The translations under genes and the position numbers were made by a program. The notes beneath the pieces were generated by a model. That model made no database searches. It saw only the letters and a program-made list of their open reading frames with translations, and was not told where the DNA came from. A stretch of DNA of 62,366 nt, the filler included. It is 6 parts of 6 records of this genome, joined end to end, with 100 filler letters (N's around TTAATTAATTAA, not from the genome) between each part and the next. Parts side by side here need not be neighbours in the genome. Positions count along the whole stretch, not along the records: positions 24,594 to 34,666 come from SRR20825019_633; positions 34,767 to 41,251 come from SRR20825019_634; positions 41,352 to 55,905 come from SRR20825019_636; 3 more parts are not named here. The stretch is one strand, 5' to 3'. Shown here piece by piece: positions 30,829-42,304 of this stretch; the first letter of the stretch is position 1, and every line of letters begins with the position of its first letter.

Positions 30829-31926
30829 ATGGGCTTCAAGATGGGCATTGTCGGCCTGCCGAATGTCGGCAAGTCGACGCTTTTCAACGCATTGACCCGC
30901 ACTGCGGCGGCCCAGGCGGCCAATTTCCCGTTCTGCACGATCGAACCCAATGTGGGTGAAGTCTCGGTGCCCGACCCGCGGCTGGAAAAGCTGGCGGCCA
31001 TTGGTAAATCGGCACAGATCCTGCCGGCGCGCATGAGCTTTGTGGATATTGCGGGCCTGGTAAAAGGCGCCTCGCAGGGCGAAGGTCTGGGCAACCAGTT
31101 CCTGGCCAATATTCGTGAGACCGATGCTATTGCCTATGTGCTGCGCTGTTTTGAAGACAGCAATGTCATCCATGTTTCCAACAAGGTCGATCCGCTCGCC
31201 GATGCCGAGGTGGTCGAGACCGAGTTGATGCTGGCGGATCTGGAAAGCCTCGAAAAGCGCCGGCCCGGCGTCGAGAAAAAGGTCAAGCAGAACGACAAGG
31301 AAGCCAAGGTCACGCTGGAGCTGATCGACCGCTCGTTGGCCGTGCTGCGCGAAGGCAAGTCGGCCCGTTTCGTCAAGCGCGATCCGGAAGAGGAAAAGGC
31401 GTTCACCGAGCTGCAGCTTCTAACCAGCAAACCGGTGCTCTATGTCTGCAATGTCGATGAAGGCTCGGCAGCGACAGGCAATGAATATTCCAAAAAGGTG
31501 GAGGACTATGCCGCTGCCAATGAGGCGGGCGTCGTGATCATCTCGGCCGAGATCGAAAGCCAGCTTGCCCAGCTTCCCGATGAGGAGCAGGCGGAATATC
31601 TGGAATCGCTCGGGCTGAAGCAACCCGGCCTCGATCGCCTGATCCGCTCGGCTTATGATCTGCTGCACCTACAGACCTATTTCACTGTCGGCCCCAAGGA
31701 AACGCGCGCCTGGACCATCCATCGTGGTGACAAGGCCCCACAGGCGGCCGGCGTGATCCATACCGATTTCGAGCGTGGTTTCATCCGTGCCCAGACTATT
31801 GGCTACGAGGATTTCGTGACCTTGGGTGGCGAAGTGCCGGCCAAGGAAGCGGGCAAGGCGCGCGACGAAGGCAAGGAATATGTCGTCAAGGACGGCGACG
31901 TGATGCTGTTCAAGTTCAACGTCTGA
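30829..31926 (+). CDS. ychF: ribosome-binding ATPase YchF
   Basis: [48 protein letters not shown]-terminal TGS domain. Confidence 0.97.
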   Translation: MGFKMGIVGLPNVGKSTLFNALTRTAAAQAANFPFCTIEPNVGEVSVPDPRLEKLAAIGKSAQILPARMSFVDIAGLVKGASQGEGLGNQFLANIRETDAIAYVLRCFEDSNVIHVSNKVDPLADAEVVETELMLADLESLEKRRPGVEKKVKQNDKEAKVTLELIDRSLAVLREGKSARFVKRDPEEEKAFTELQLLTSKPVLYVCNVDEGSAATGNEYSKKVEDYAAANEAGVVIISAEIESQLAQLPDEEQAEYLESLGLKQPGLDRLIRSAYDLLHLQTYFTVGPKETRAWTIHRGDKAPQAAGVIHTDFERGFIRAQTIGYEDFVTLGGEVPAKEAGKARDEGKEYVVKDGDVMLFKFNV

Positions 31927-32261
31927 CCAAAATCATCAGTGCTGCATTGAGGGAAAGCCGGTGGCTGCGCGAAACGCAGCGCCGGCTTCCCGTTTTTTCG
32001 TGTGACGCGATAGTCGATGAGATCGCCCCAGTCCGCCTGCCAGTGCGCCGGGTCGTCCAGTAGTATGAAGATGGCCGAAAGGTTCTGTTGCAGGCGCAAC
32101 AGGGCGGCGCGGAACAGGGCCAGGTCCGGCGGGCCTTCGATCTCTTCAGCATCGCCCAAGATAGAGGCAAGCAGGGTGCCGTCGTCCTGCCGGATGCGCA
32201 CCAGAATGGCCTGAGGCGGCAGGTCCGCCGCGTCCATCAGCCGATAATATCTGTCTCGCAT
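31803..32261 (-). CDS. hypothetical protein; 3' end doubtful because it crosses a terminator and overlaps ychF
   Basis: GGAG before ATG 32261; protein-like first ~85 aa. Confidence 0.45.
   Translation of the reverse strand: MRDRYYRLMDAADLPPQAILVRIRQDDGTLLASILGDAEEIEGPPDLALFRAALLRLQQNLSAIFILLDDPAHWQADWGDLIDYRVTRKNGKPALRFAQPPAFPQCSTDDFGQTLNLNSITSPSLTTYSLPSSRALPASLAGTSPPKVTKSS
31951..31998 (+). terminator. intrinsic terminator of ychF
   Basis: GGGAAAGCCGG..GCTGCG-cgaaa-CGCAGC.CCGGCTTCCC followed by a T tract. Confidence 0.75.
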
Positions 32262-32344
32262 GGCAAGCTCCAATCGCCATGCAAGTCTGATCCGGTGCGG
32301 TTACGAGTGACCTATTCCAGCCATAAGGGAAAATCCGCTGGCAG

Positions 32345-33160
32345 CTAGTGCGGGCCGGTCGGAATGGCCTGGGCGGTGCCGCAGGGACCGCCATCCATGT
32401 TGATGGCGATGTCCATTGTTTCCCCGGCGAAACTGATGGCCTCGTACCAGTGGCTGATTTCGACGGTGCTGGCCGGCACATAATGGAAGATCAGCGAACG
32501 GCGGAAACGGTCTGTGCTGGTATTGGGGGTCGAGCCGTGGATGACGCTGCCGTTGAAAAACAGCACATCGCCTGCCTTGAGGTTCATCATGCGCGGCTCG
32601 TGTCCGGGCGGGGGCTCGACATGGTCGGAGGTGAAGAACAGTGCCGGGTCTGAGGGTTCGGGACAGGCAATGTCGAGGCCGTTGGTCCGGGGCACGCACA
32701 TCATGCCACCATTGTCTGCGTCAGCATCGTCGATTGCGATCCAGGCGGCGAGGCAGGTGCCGGGCTTGACCCGCAGATAGAAATTGTCCTGGTGCAGATC
32801 CTGACCACGGGCGCCAGGTGGTTTGAAATAGAACATGGACTGGCAGGCATAGGGGGCTTCGCCGAAGAGTTCGGCCAGAATTGGCTCGAGGCGGGCGTCC
32901 AGCATATATCGGCGGGCGAGAGGGCCGACCGGCTTATCGTCATGCTTGTGCGGGTGCATCATCCGCGGATAGCGCGCCAGCGGGTCATTGCCGGTCGGGT
33001 TGCCGCTGCGCATGTCGGAGAGGCCGGGCACCGGGCCTTCGCCGGCCTGGGCCATGAAGGTTTCGCGGAGCAGGGTAATTTCGTCAGGGGCTATCAGACC
33101 AGGCAGGGTCAGGAAGCCGTCTCGCGCATAGGCGGCGCGCTGTTCGCTCAAAAGGGTCAT
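32345..33160 (-). CDS. PhyH-family Fe(II)/2-oxoglutarate dioxygenase
   Basis: QSMFYFKPPG, HQD, GDVLFF..IHGS.PN..RRS. Confidence 0.9.
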   Translation of the reverse strand: MTLLSEQRAAYARDGFLTLPGLIAPDEITLLRETFMAQAGEGPVPGLSDMRSGNPTGNDPLARYPRMMHPHKHDDKPVGPLARRYMLDARLEPILAELFGEAPYACQSMFYFKPPGARGQDLHQDNFYLRVKPGTCLAAWIAIDDADADNGGMMCVPRTNGLDIACPEPSDPALFFTSDHVEPPPGHEPRMMNLKAGDVLFFNGSVIHGSTPNTSTDRFRRSLIFHYVPASTVEISHWYEAISFAGETMDIAINMDGGPCGTAQAIPTGPH

Positions 33161-33243
33161 GGGCAATCCTCCTGGGCCCAAGAATAGCGGCCACACGGAG
33201 CGGCGCCATAGCCGGTCATGCTGAAGACATGTATTATCCTGCT

Positions 33244-34086
33244 ATGCAATCGACCGATGAAACCCCGCATAACGACGTCCTGCGCCTGCTGACGGGCCAT
33301 TTTAGAGAGGCCGCAGGCTATCGGGCTTATCGGCCGAAAGGGGTCGGGGATTGGCTTCTTATCCTGACGCTATCTGGCGGCGGGCGGTTTGGGCATGCCG
33401 ATGGAACTTATCGCGCCGGGGCCGGGGACTGGGTGTTGCTGCTGCCCGGAACACCGCATGATTACGGCGTCGCCGAGGATGCAGCGCGGTGGGAACTGGT
33501 ATGGGCGCATTTTCGGCCGCGTGCGGACTGGCACGATTGGCTGCGCTGGCCGCGTCTGCATGGCGGAATGAGGGTGTTGCGGCCGGAAGGTGAGCAGAGC
33601 GCGCTGACCGCGCAGTTCCTGCGGGTGCATGACCTGCTCGGCAGCGGTCAGCGCCGGGCGGAAGCGCTGGCGATGAATGCTCTGGAAGCGCTGCTGCTGC
33701 AATGCGATATGCATAATCCGCCTGATGCGGGCGGTCTGGACGAACGGTTGCAGCGGGCCATGACGTTCATGGAGGCCCATCTGGCCGAGCGCGTGAGCGT
33801 TGAGGATGTCAGCCGGGAAGCGGGATTGTCGCCGTCGCGCCTGTCGCATCTATTTCGCGCCGAAACCGGGCAGAGCGTGCAGGGCTATCTCGAAGGGGTG
33901 AGGATGCGGCGGGCCAGCGATTTGTTGCAGCGCACCAGTTTTCCGATCAAGCAGATCGCTGCCGAGGTGGGTTTTGAGAGCCCGTTCTACTTTTCGCGGC
34001 GGTTTAGCCGCGCAATTGGATACAGTCCGCAGGCCGTCCGTCGCCGGAGCGGGCAGCCCCGAGGTGTCGCCGAGCAGGATTCTTAG
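33244..34086 (+). CDS. AraC-family regulator (alternative start 33229)
   Basis: N-terminal cupin-like ELVWAHF; C-terminal double HTH LSPSRLSHLF...IAAEVGFESPFYFSRRF. Confidence 0.92.
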   Translation: MQSTDETPHNDVLRLLTGHFREAAGYRAYRPKGVGDWLLILTLSGGGRFGHADGTYRAGAGDWVLLLPGTPHDYGVAEDAARWELVWAHFRPRADWHDWLRWPRLHGGMRVLRPEGEQSALTAQFLRVHDLLGSGQRRAEALAMNALEALLLQCDMHNPPDAGGLDERLQRAMTFMEAHLAERVSVEDVSREAGLSPSRLSHLFRAETGQSVQGYLEGVRMRRASDLLQRTSFPIKQIAAEVGFESPFYFSRRFSRAIGYSPQAVRRRSGQPRGVAEQDS

Positions 34087-34203
34087 AAAACCGGAATAAA
34101 GGCATTCTATCCCGGATTGCATCATCGGCATTGGACGATAGCATATGGACAACGCGGCAGGAGGAGCCGCAGGCCGGTCCCGGCCCACTACGGAGCATCC
34201 CCA

Positions 34204-34666
34204 ATGGCAAACCCCAAAATCACCTTTATCGGTGCTGGCTCGTCCGTGTTCATGAAGAACATTGTTGGCGACATTCTGCAACGTCCTGCCCTGGCGGGTG
34301 CGGAAATCCGGCTGATGGACATCAATCCGACGCGCCTGGAAGAAAGTGCGATCATTGCCGGCAAGCTGGTCAATACGCTTGGCGTGCCGGCCACGGTCAG
34401 CACCTATTCGAACCAGCGCGAGGCGCTGGATGGCACCAATTTCGTGGTCGTCTGCTTCCAGATCGGGGGCTATGAGCCCTCCACGGTGGTCGATTTCGAG
34501 GTGCCCAAGAAGTACAATCTGCGCCAGACAATTGCGGATACGCTGGGCGTGGGTGGCATCATGCGCGGCCTTCGGACCGTGCCGCATCTGTGGAGCATTT
34601 GCGAAGACATGATGCAGGTCGCGCCTGACGCGGTGATGCTGCAATATGTGAACCCGATGGCGATCA
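34204..34666 (+). CDS. melA: GH4 alpha-galactosidase/alpha-glucosidase, 3' truncated
   Basis: KITFIGAGSSVF, QTIADTLGVGGIMRGLRT, QYVNPM. Confidence 0.85.
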
Positions 34667-34766
34667 NNNNNNNNNNNNNNNNNNNNNNNNNNNNNNNNNN
34701 NNNNNNNNNNTTAATTAATTAANNNNNNNNNNNNNNNNNNNNNNNNNNNNNNNNNNNNNNNNNNNN
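34667..34766. other. artificial contig spacer
   Basis: 44N-TTAATTAATTAA-44N. Confidence 0.98.
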
Positions 34767-36411
34767 TATCATTCTCATCACGAGGCCGCTTCATTCCACC
34801 AGATTTGAGGGACATATTCGGGGGAGGGGCGACGTCCTCCTCCTCATCAGAGGTAGCAGTCTCCTCGCAGTTAACTCGCATCGTCCCTCCACCTGCACAG
34901 TTCACAAGCCCCAATCCGCCATGACAGGATGCAGCAACGGCAGCAGCAACTACAGCAAGAAGTGGATTGCTGCCAGGGGAGACGGCCTTGGGGGGAGTTG
35001 CGTCGACATCATCGTCATCACTTGTACCATCGTTGTCAAACTTTGGGACCTCACCGCGCTGGGGGGTGATGTGGTTTGTGGCGGCAGCAGCAGCTGGAGA
35101 GGGGGTGGTAGCGAAGGGTGAGTCGTTGTTGTCAACTGCCCCACATAGAAGTGTGTCAGGCAGTGGGCTGTTACCGACCGGCAGTGTAGGATCCAAGATA
35201 CCACCACCAACAAGTGTAGGATCCATCACCACAAGGGTCTCGGGAATCGCCAAACCAGCACCACAACCATCCGGATCCGCCCCACCCACGATCTGAGTTT
35301 CAGCAAGTGGAGAGGGAGAGCACACGACAGCAGCAGCTTGAGGCTTGGGAGCCGGGCTACAGTTTGCTTGGTATTGCTGTTGGGAGTCGTGCTGAGTGCT
35401 GGTCAGTGATTGTTGTGCTGTAGTACCATTGTTGTTGCTGCCAGCCTGATTTGGGGTAGCAATCATCGCAAGTAGATCATCCCCATCTACATTACCCGCC
35501 GACAGAGTCGATGAGTTTTGATGGTGGATGTTGGCAGAGAGGGGTGCAGCAGGAGCAGCTCCTCCTCCGGCCGGGGTAATAACCACAGAGGCCCCACCGC
35601 TATTCAGCAGCGCACTAGATGCAGCCTGGTTGTTCTTATCATGCTGTTGTTGATGTGCAGCAGCAGAAGCCTTCTTCAAACAGTCAGAGATAACCTGTGA
35701 GATGACCATGAGTTGTGCCCTGGGGACCACAGTGTCCACATTGGGAAACAAGGTATCATCGATACGAAGCAGCACAGCATCATGTTCACCAAAGGACACT
35801 ACCTGTGTAGAAGGGGAAATGCGATGTATCTGGTTGGGCTGTAGTGTGAAGCTGGGCTGGGGTGGAAGCACGAAGGGGGCATTGACGGGCTTCTCAATAG
35901 ATTCGATTGCGTTGGAAACGGTTTCTGTGGTGTTAGGGTCGGAGAAGGACGCGGAGGAGACCGCGTGGGAAAGACAGGAGGAGTGAATGTCTTTGATGCA
36001 TGTGCCGTTCGACGAACCCAAATCCTCCAATGCAAAGGTAAGGGGAGCATATTGTTGGGATCCTCCCCCAACACCAGATGATGACGGAATAACATGAATC
36101 GCACAGTGTATCTTGGAGAGGAGTAGGAAGTCGGCGAGCTTAATGATAGGTTGCTCTTGGGCGGCGTTGGAAGAGCCGCGGCCGATAGTAGTAAGGCTGC
36201 GGGAGGTGTAGAAGACCATAGGGGCCGCATCCACATCCATGATAGACACAGGCTTTGAGGATAGACTAGCTAGTGCAGCTGACTTGGCCTGCTTTAGTTT
36301 CAGCTGTGCTCCTGGGTTAATACCGAAGAAAGACAGCCGGACACGGCCACCAACTCCAGCAGCCGTGGAACCGTCTAATGTAGTGGGTGTGTTTACAGCT
36401 TCCAACTTCAT
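34767..36411 (-). CDS. FHA-domain protein, 3' truncated
   Basis: FHA signature IGR...SKIHCAI...LEDLGSSNGT...VSFG followed by a long disordered region. Confidence 0.8.
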
Positions 36412-37672
36412 ATTTCAAACTGTGTGTATGAGACTTCATTTTTGAGAAATGGAGAGATACGTGTAAGAAGCGAAGAGAGGGGAATGAAAGAGAGAAAGTT
36501 GTGTACAATAACAATTTGTCGAACATTTTAAATCCAAACGTTTAAGCGGTACATGCACACTCTAGGAGGATACACCTCATACCCAACACACAACCGCCTG
36601 GTGGGGCTGGTGGTATGTGAGAAGAGTTGATTTGTATAATCCCCCTGTAAAGTGCAGAGTATCGCTTCGCAAATCATCAAACAAGTTGATAAACGAAGAG
36701 AGAGAACAAACATTTATCCGTAAAATTGGATAGGATTCGGTTACGGTAGGAGGTTGTTGTTTTTAGTCAAAGGCAATATTGAACCTACCCATAATTGAGG
36801 GGGGTATTTTCAATCTATTTTCCACCGTAGAAAAGCAGCAACAGCCCCCTTTAAAAATAAATCCTACATTTTCTCAAAAAATGTGTTTCTCAAACAAAGA
36901 TGTGGTGAAGTGAAGTGAATACAGAATAATATTAATAATATATATTACTGGATTAGAAAGAACAGTGTGATAAAAACGCAAAGATGACAACGCACACATG
37001 CTTCTTTTCGAAGGGAGACAATAACAAACGTGCGCAGAAAAAAGGAAGTCGAGATAGAGAGTGCCAGCAATAACACACTGAGAGGTAAGTGTTGTTTTTG
37101 TTGGCTGAAATCATCTCCCTTCCTTTCATAATTGCATGTTGTTGCCTAAACACCCCTTTGAAGTTGTTGTGCATCGCTCTTTTAGGTATTCCCACTCAAG
37201 GGGAGGTAAGGAGAAGTTAACAGCAGAGGAGAAGGAGGAGGTGCGTTTAAGAAGGGAGTGAAACAAACAGACATTGCTGCTCATAGTGCCCCCTTTAATA
37301 CAGCTATCCCTACGTCCTGCTTTGTAGCCCCATTCCTTCAATTCTACCTTCTTGAAGATGAGAATACCATATATTAATGTCGACACCTCAGACTGCTCTG
37401 AGAAAAGTGTAAATCAGTGGCTTCGTTGTTATGGTGTGTGTGTATGTGTTGTGAGTGTTGCCACTACATACATATACGTACACAACAGCGTTGAACTCCA
37501 CTCTTCTCTACTTTCCTCATAGCTTCACAAAACGACGAAGTTGGACCATACGCTCTTAATTTTTATCCGTTTTGAAAACATCATATTTTCTGCTTGTGTG
37601 TGGTGGTGTATTAACGACGACAACTTTTTAAAGTTTGGTGATTTGATAATGATATTGGCGGACTATTTTTTG

Positions 37673-38854
37673 TTATTTGAAGATACCGGGGGGGTTCTCA
37701 GTTGGCTGAAGCATACTCTCCAACCACTCCCTCTCCCCCTCATCAAGCCCATCATTATACGAAGACACCTCGGAGGAGGTATCACTATAGTCATCCCACA
37801 TGTCGTCGGATCGCAGATTCTCATCCATTGCGTCGAGGTCTGCATCGCGTAGAACTGTGCACCGGGGCTGTGACTGCCCTCCTCCACGCCCCATAGTAGA
37901 AATACTTCCCGTCTCACTCCCACACTCCTGACGGCGGTAGTGGTAGTCATAGTCAGTGTCGTAGCTGTCATCGTGGTCATCCCCGTAGAACTCCTCGGTG
38001 ACGTATCGCTCCCCCTCCCCCTCTTTTTGCTGAGGGTAGAAGGAATCTACCCTTGTGCCGCTCTGACCCATCATCGGCTGATGCTGTGGGTGAAGTGAGG
38101 TTGGTGTTCCTGGGTTACGGAAATACTTAGTATTTGGGGAGGAGTGCGTGGATGAGGCAAGGTGGCTGAGTGAAGAGTTACTGGTATTATGGCACGCTAC
38201 ACCAGGCAGTGCTGGTCCTGACCCACCCCCCTCTTCCTCCTCAACCACTACAAAAGGAACAAAGGGCAGTGCGTTAACGTTGAAAGAGAAGTGTTTCTTG
38301 GAGGGGGTGATGTGGGGGGAGATGGTGGGGGCGGGCATGATCTTAGGGGTGGCTAACCTCTGTGGGTGTCTTGTGCTGCTGCTGGAGAAGGTGGGGCGGG
38401 TATGCGTTGCTGCTGTGTCGTTGTTGTTGTTAGGGGGAACACCTGTAATGGAAGAGGTAGTGACAGAAGTGATGGAGTTGTTTCTTGGTGCCGATGGGAA
38501 GGCGCTTGTGGCTGTAAGCAAGGAGCTCTCGGGGGTAAGTGACGATGATTGGTGAGGGCGTGACGGGGAAGATGAGGTGGTACCGCTGGGAGTTCCATTA
38601 TTGTTGTTGTTCCAAGGGGCTGCCGTTTCGGGTGTGCCGTTGGATACGCTCAGGGTATTGGGGGTAGTTGGCGCCGACCGAGAGGGGAGGCTATTGCAAC
38701 TACCAGGTTTCCTTCCCAGCTGCGAGATAGGGCTGTTTCCTCTACTTCCATCATTATTGTTGCTGGCAGGGAGTATGAGTAGATCCGAGTTGGAGTGGTC
38801 GCTGGCTGCCTCTTGCATGTAGCCAGCATCGGCGGATGATAGTGTGGCAGACAT
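37673..38854 (-). CDS. disordered protein with a PAM2-like motif
   Basis: S/T/P/N-rich 393 aa; FSFNVNALPFVP resembles PAM2; acidic C-terminus. Confidence 0.65.
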   Translation of the reverse strand: MSATLSSADAGYMQEAASDHSNSDLLILPASNNNDGSRGNSPISQLGRKPGSCNSLPSRSAPTTPNTLSVSNGTPETAAPWNNNNNGTPSGTTSSSPSRPHQSSSLTPESSLLTATSAFPSAPRNNSITSVTTSSITGVPPNNNNDTAATHTRPTFSSSSTRHPQRLATPKIMPAPTISPHITPSKKHFSFNVNALPFVPFVVVEEEEGGGSGPALPGVACHNTSNSSLSHLASSTHSSPNTKYFRNPGTPTSLHPQHQPMMGQSGTRVDSFYPQQKEGEGERYVTEEFYGDDHDDSYDTDYDYHYRRQECGSETGSISTMGRGGGQSQPRCTVLRDADLDAMDENLRSDDMWDDYSDTSSEVSSYNDGLDEGEREWLESMLQPTENPPGIFK

Positions 38855-39307
38855 ATTATTGAAGGAGCGGGTGATATTGGAATACAGAGAGAGAGGTTTG
38901 TTGGTCTTGGGAAAGAGATTGGTTGTAAGTCTAAAAACGAAAGGTTTTTCAAAAATTCTTATGGGGAAAAACGGATGTAATGGGGGTTCAAAAGCTCTCC
39001 AAGAATCTCATATGTTTCAACCACACAAACAACGTTAAGCGCAATGTAGTAATGACAAGGATGCCTACAAGGATTTACACATGTATAGGATGTGTGTGAT
39101 AGCAACACCGCAATGCTGTGTGGGAGGCGGGGTGTCAATAATAATAATAGCTACTGGAATGCTCCCCTCCATAATAACCCCTTCCTCATCTTACTTGCCA
39201 ACGACTCTGCACCTTTTCGTTTTAATTTCAATCTCTAAAGTGAAAAGATGATTCTATGTATCCCTTGTTCACATCGCATTTTAACCGAAAACGCCCCTAC
39301 TCGTTCC

Positions 39308-40519
39308 TTAGGCTGGGGATGCAGCAGCCAACTTCCGCTTGGCCTTCTTGAAGTATATTCTGGTAACTTCATACAGCCCTATTCCTACCGTCACCAACAA
39401 CATCCCCACCGCATGGAGAAGTCCGAATGGTTTTGGATAGATAAGGAAGCTGAGTAGAACGGTCGCCAACTTCCTCGTACTTGTAATAATCACCGCCGCA
39501 TTCGAATCAAACTCCGAAACCACTCGCAGCAAAAACCTCGTCCCCCCAAAATTAGCGGCTGAGAAAAACACGACTAAAAACAGGAAAGATGGAGTTTCTT
39601 GAATGAATCTAAGACCGTCCGGAATAAGTCCAAATATCGTCAAGACACCAAAATTATTGAAGGCAGCGATGGCGTATGTGAAAAATATGACTTCCTCACT
39701 ACTGGCCTGAACACTAGGGCTAAAGCAGTACAGCTCCTCGCTGATGTATAGCATCGCATCGCAACATAAAGCACCAATAATTGACAGTACCCCCTCGATG
39801 ACCTCTGGAGATAGTATTGAACTACCACCGTCGTCGTATCCACTGTTTTGTGCAGTTGTAGACGACGATAAGGGGGAAGAATATGTCGTTGTGCTGACTG
39901 TTGTAGACACGATGGCAGACTTCTTACCTTTAGAGTGCTTCGATGTCTCAAATGTGAAAATGACGAGTCCAGCAACAATAAACCCACAAGACAGGAACTC
40001 CCTCCTTAGTTGCTGGTTTGATTTTTCTTTGCTCATTCGGAGTGCGAGTCGGAGTAGCATCACAAAGAACAATTTGGAGGACTTGAACACGACCTGTGTG
40101 GCGTAGTTAAGAAGATGGGAGGCTCGATTTGTGAGTACCACGCTAACTGTTGCGAATATGGAGAGCATAATGTATGTCTTAAAGGATGCTTTCCTGGTGA
40201 TGAAACCAAATGCTACAGGGGGTGATGATGATGGTGCATAGACACCACCCTGTGAAAGTGATGTGGGTGATGGGCCTGGTGATTTCGGACGATTTTGTGT
40301 TGCGATAGATGTTGTTCGTGAGTTGACATACATTTCCAGTAGAGCAAAGATGGCGACGCCAAGGGCTTGGAAGAAGGAGACGAGGACTGTGTGGTTGAAG
40401 CCGGGGAGGTGGAATACTGCCTCCTGAAGTACTGAGTTTAGGAGATGGAATACCAGAACGCACCCTCCGAGATAGACAAACCTAGAGGTAGTTGATGTAT
40501 CAGGTGAAAGGAACGACAT
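39308..40519 (-). CDS. UAA/SLC35B-family nucleotide-sugar or PAPS transporter
   Basis: LNYATQVVFKSSKL, TSTRKLATVLLSFLIYPKPF; ~10 TM segments. Confidence 0.85.
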   Translation of the reverse strand: MSFLSPDTSTTSRFVYLGGCVLVFHLLNSVLQEAVFHLPGFNHTVLVSFFQALGVAIFALLEMYVNSRTTSIATQNRPKSPGPSPTSLSQGGVYAPSSSPPVAFGFITRKASFKTYIMLSIFATVSVVLTNRASHLLNYATQVVFKSSKLFFVMLLRLALRMSKEKSNQQLRREFLSCGFIVAGLVIFTFETSKHSKGKKSAIVSTTVSTTTYSSPLSSSTTAQNSGYDDGGSSILSPEVIEGVLSIIGALCCDAMLYISEELYCFSPSVQASSEEVIFFTYAIAAFNNFGVLTIFGLIPDGLRFIQETPSFLFLVVFFSAANFGGTRFLLRVVSEFDSNAAVIITSTRKLATVLLSFLIYPKPFGLLHAVGMLLVTVGIGLYEVTRIYFKKAKRKLAAASPA

Positions 40520-40880
40520 CCCTTTGATTTGATTGTATTTAAAAAAAGAGACGATTATATAATATGGGTCTCTAGTGGTACTATTGTGCGTCTAACTCTA
40601 ACAAAAGTATAAATGAAGGGAGTCAAACGATAATGTGGGAACGAGTTCATTTTGTTGAAAATTCAGCAGAGAATTGAAGCGCTTCCGGCCTTCACAGCGT
40701 GTGTACGATTTATGCGAATGTACGCACACCGTTGCCAAGGCATGTCAATCAGCAGCTTCAAACATTTTTATCAAAAGGGATTAAATGTAGACCGGTTGGT
40801 AGTTAAATGTCATATGTCGCAACTTATTAAAAATGTAAGCTTCGGTTCCAAGTATTTGTTGTAATGGAAGAGCTGTTCGA

Positions 40881-40900
40881 TGTGTGTGTGTGTGTGTGTG
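40881..40900. repeat. (TG)10 microsatellite
   Basis: Read directly. Confidence 0.9.
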
Positions 40901-41251
40901 CGTGTAGTGGGTGTATGTTGAGTGGGTGAGAGGAGGAAGACTGTGTTGTAGTTACATATGTTTTGTTTTATGTTATGGGGCGTCAAGTGCACTGTTTAGC
41001 AGTATATAGTGTGTGAGAGGTTAGTGCGACGTTTTAAGGATTATATTAAACTATTAATATGTGGTGTGAGGGCGTGTTGTTGTGTGTGGTCCTACATGAG
41101 TCTGTTACGACTGGCTCACGTTGAATCTTCTTCCTTTGTTTTTTAAAAGTAATAAAAATAAAAAGATTTTAAAATAATATGGTAGTAGATAGTAAGATGT
41201 ACGCAACAACCAAGCCCAACTGGTTGCACCCCTAACGTCCTCTGTTTGATA

Positions 41252-41351
41252 NNNNNNNNNNNNNNNNNNNNNNNNNNNNNNNNNNNNNNNNNNNNTTAAT
41301 TAATTAANNNNNNNNNNNNNNNNNNNNNNNNNNNNNNNNNNNNNNNNNNNN
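41252..41351. other. artificial contig spacer
   Basis: 44N-TTAATTAATTAA-44N. Confidence 0.98.
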
Positions 41352-42182
41352 CTGGGCGGCGAGGGTCTTGTTGGGCGCCAGGATCAGTGCCGGGCGCTGG
41401 GTGCGGGCGATGACCTGGGCGGCGGTGTAGGTCTTGCCCGAGCCGGTGACGCCGAGCAGGACCTGATCGGTTTCGCCGTTTTCAACGCCTTCCACCAGTT
41501 CGGCAATGGCGGTGGGCTGGTCGCCGGCGGGCTCATATTCGGTGTTGAGGCGGAAGGGGCGGCTCTCGGCGGATTTGGCGGGGTGCTCGGGGCGGTGCGG
41601 CACCCAGGGGGCGGAGCCTTCCACCTCCTTGCGGCCATGCAGGATGATCTGTTCGAGCGCCTTGACGGTGGCGGTGACGCCGACAGTGGAGGCGTTTTCG
41701 AGGGATTCGTTCTTGCGGGCCTTGTTCTTTTTCACCGAGGCGTCGAGGGCTTCGCGGAGTTTCGACTGGGTTTCGGGATCAGCGGCGGCGGTGCGGGAGA
41801 TGTCGCGGGCGGTGAGCGGCCGGTCACCGCTGGTCGCGCTACGCGACGACGATGGCACATGGCCGAAGCCGGCCTGCGGGGCTTCGCCCATGCCATCGAA
41901 GTCGACGCGGTCGACCGAGTTGATCTTGGTCTTGCCGGATTTTTTCGCCATGCCGGTGGCGGTGTCGTGGCTCGACTTGGTGGTACGGCGCTTTTCGAGG
42001 GCGGATTTGGGCTCTTTCGCGGCTTTTTCGGCGGCCTCGGCGCGGTCGAGGGCGCGCTTGTTCTTCATGCGCTCGGCATAAAGCGGCTTGGATGCCTGAA
42101 TGTCCTCGGCCTTCTCGATCTCGGCGAAGAACTCGTCGATCGAAAACTCGGCTTTTCCCGGACGGGTCGATTTGGGGGCCAT
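41352..42182 (-). CDS. uvrB: excinuclease ABC subunit B, N-terminal part with long charged extension
   Basis: [33 protein letters not shown]. Confidence 0.95.
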
Positions 42183-42268
42183 GGCGCTGATCTCGGGGGC
42201 TGGGGAAGCGACTCAGATGGGAAACGAGGCGCGCAAATGCAATGTTCCGGCCGACATTAGCAAAGCCT

Positions 42269-42283
42269 GAACGGAGAGGGAAC
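42269..42283 (-). promoter_or_regulatory. alphaproteobacterial LexA (SOS) box
   Basis: GTTC-cctctcc-GTTC on the uvrB sense strand, ~90 bp upstream; matches GTTC-N7-GTTC. Confidence 0.7.
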
Positions 42284-42304
42284 GGGGGCTGCTGACAGCG
42301 GGAG

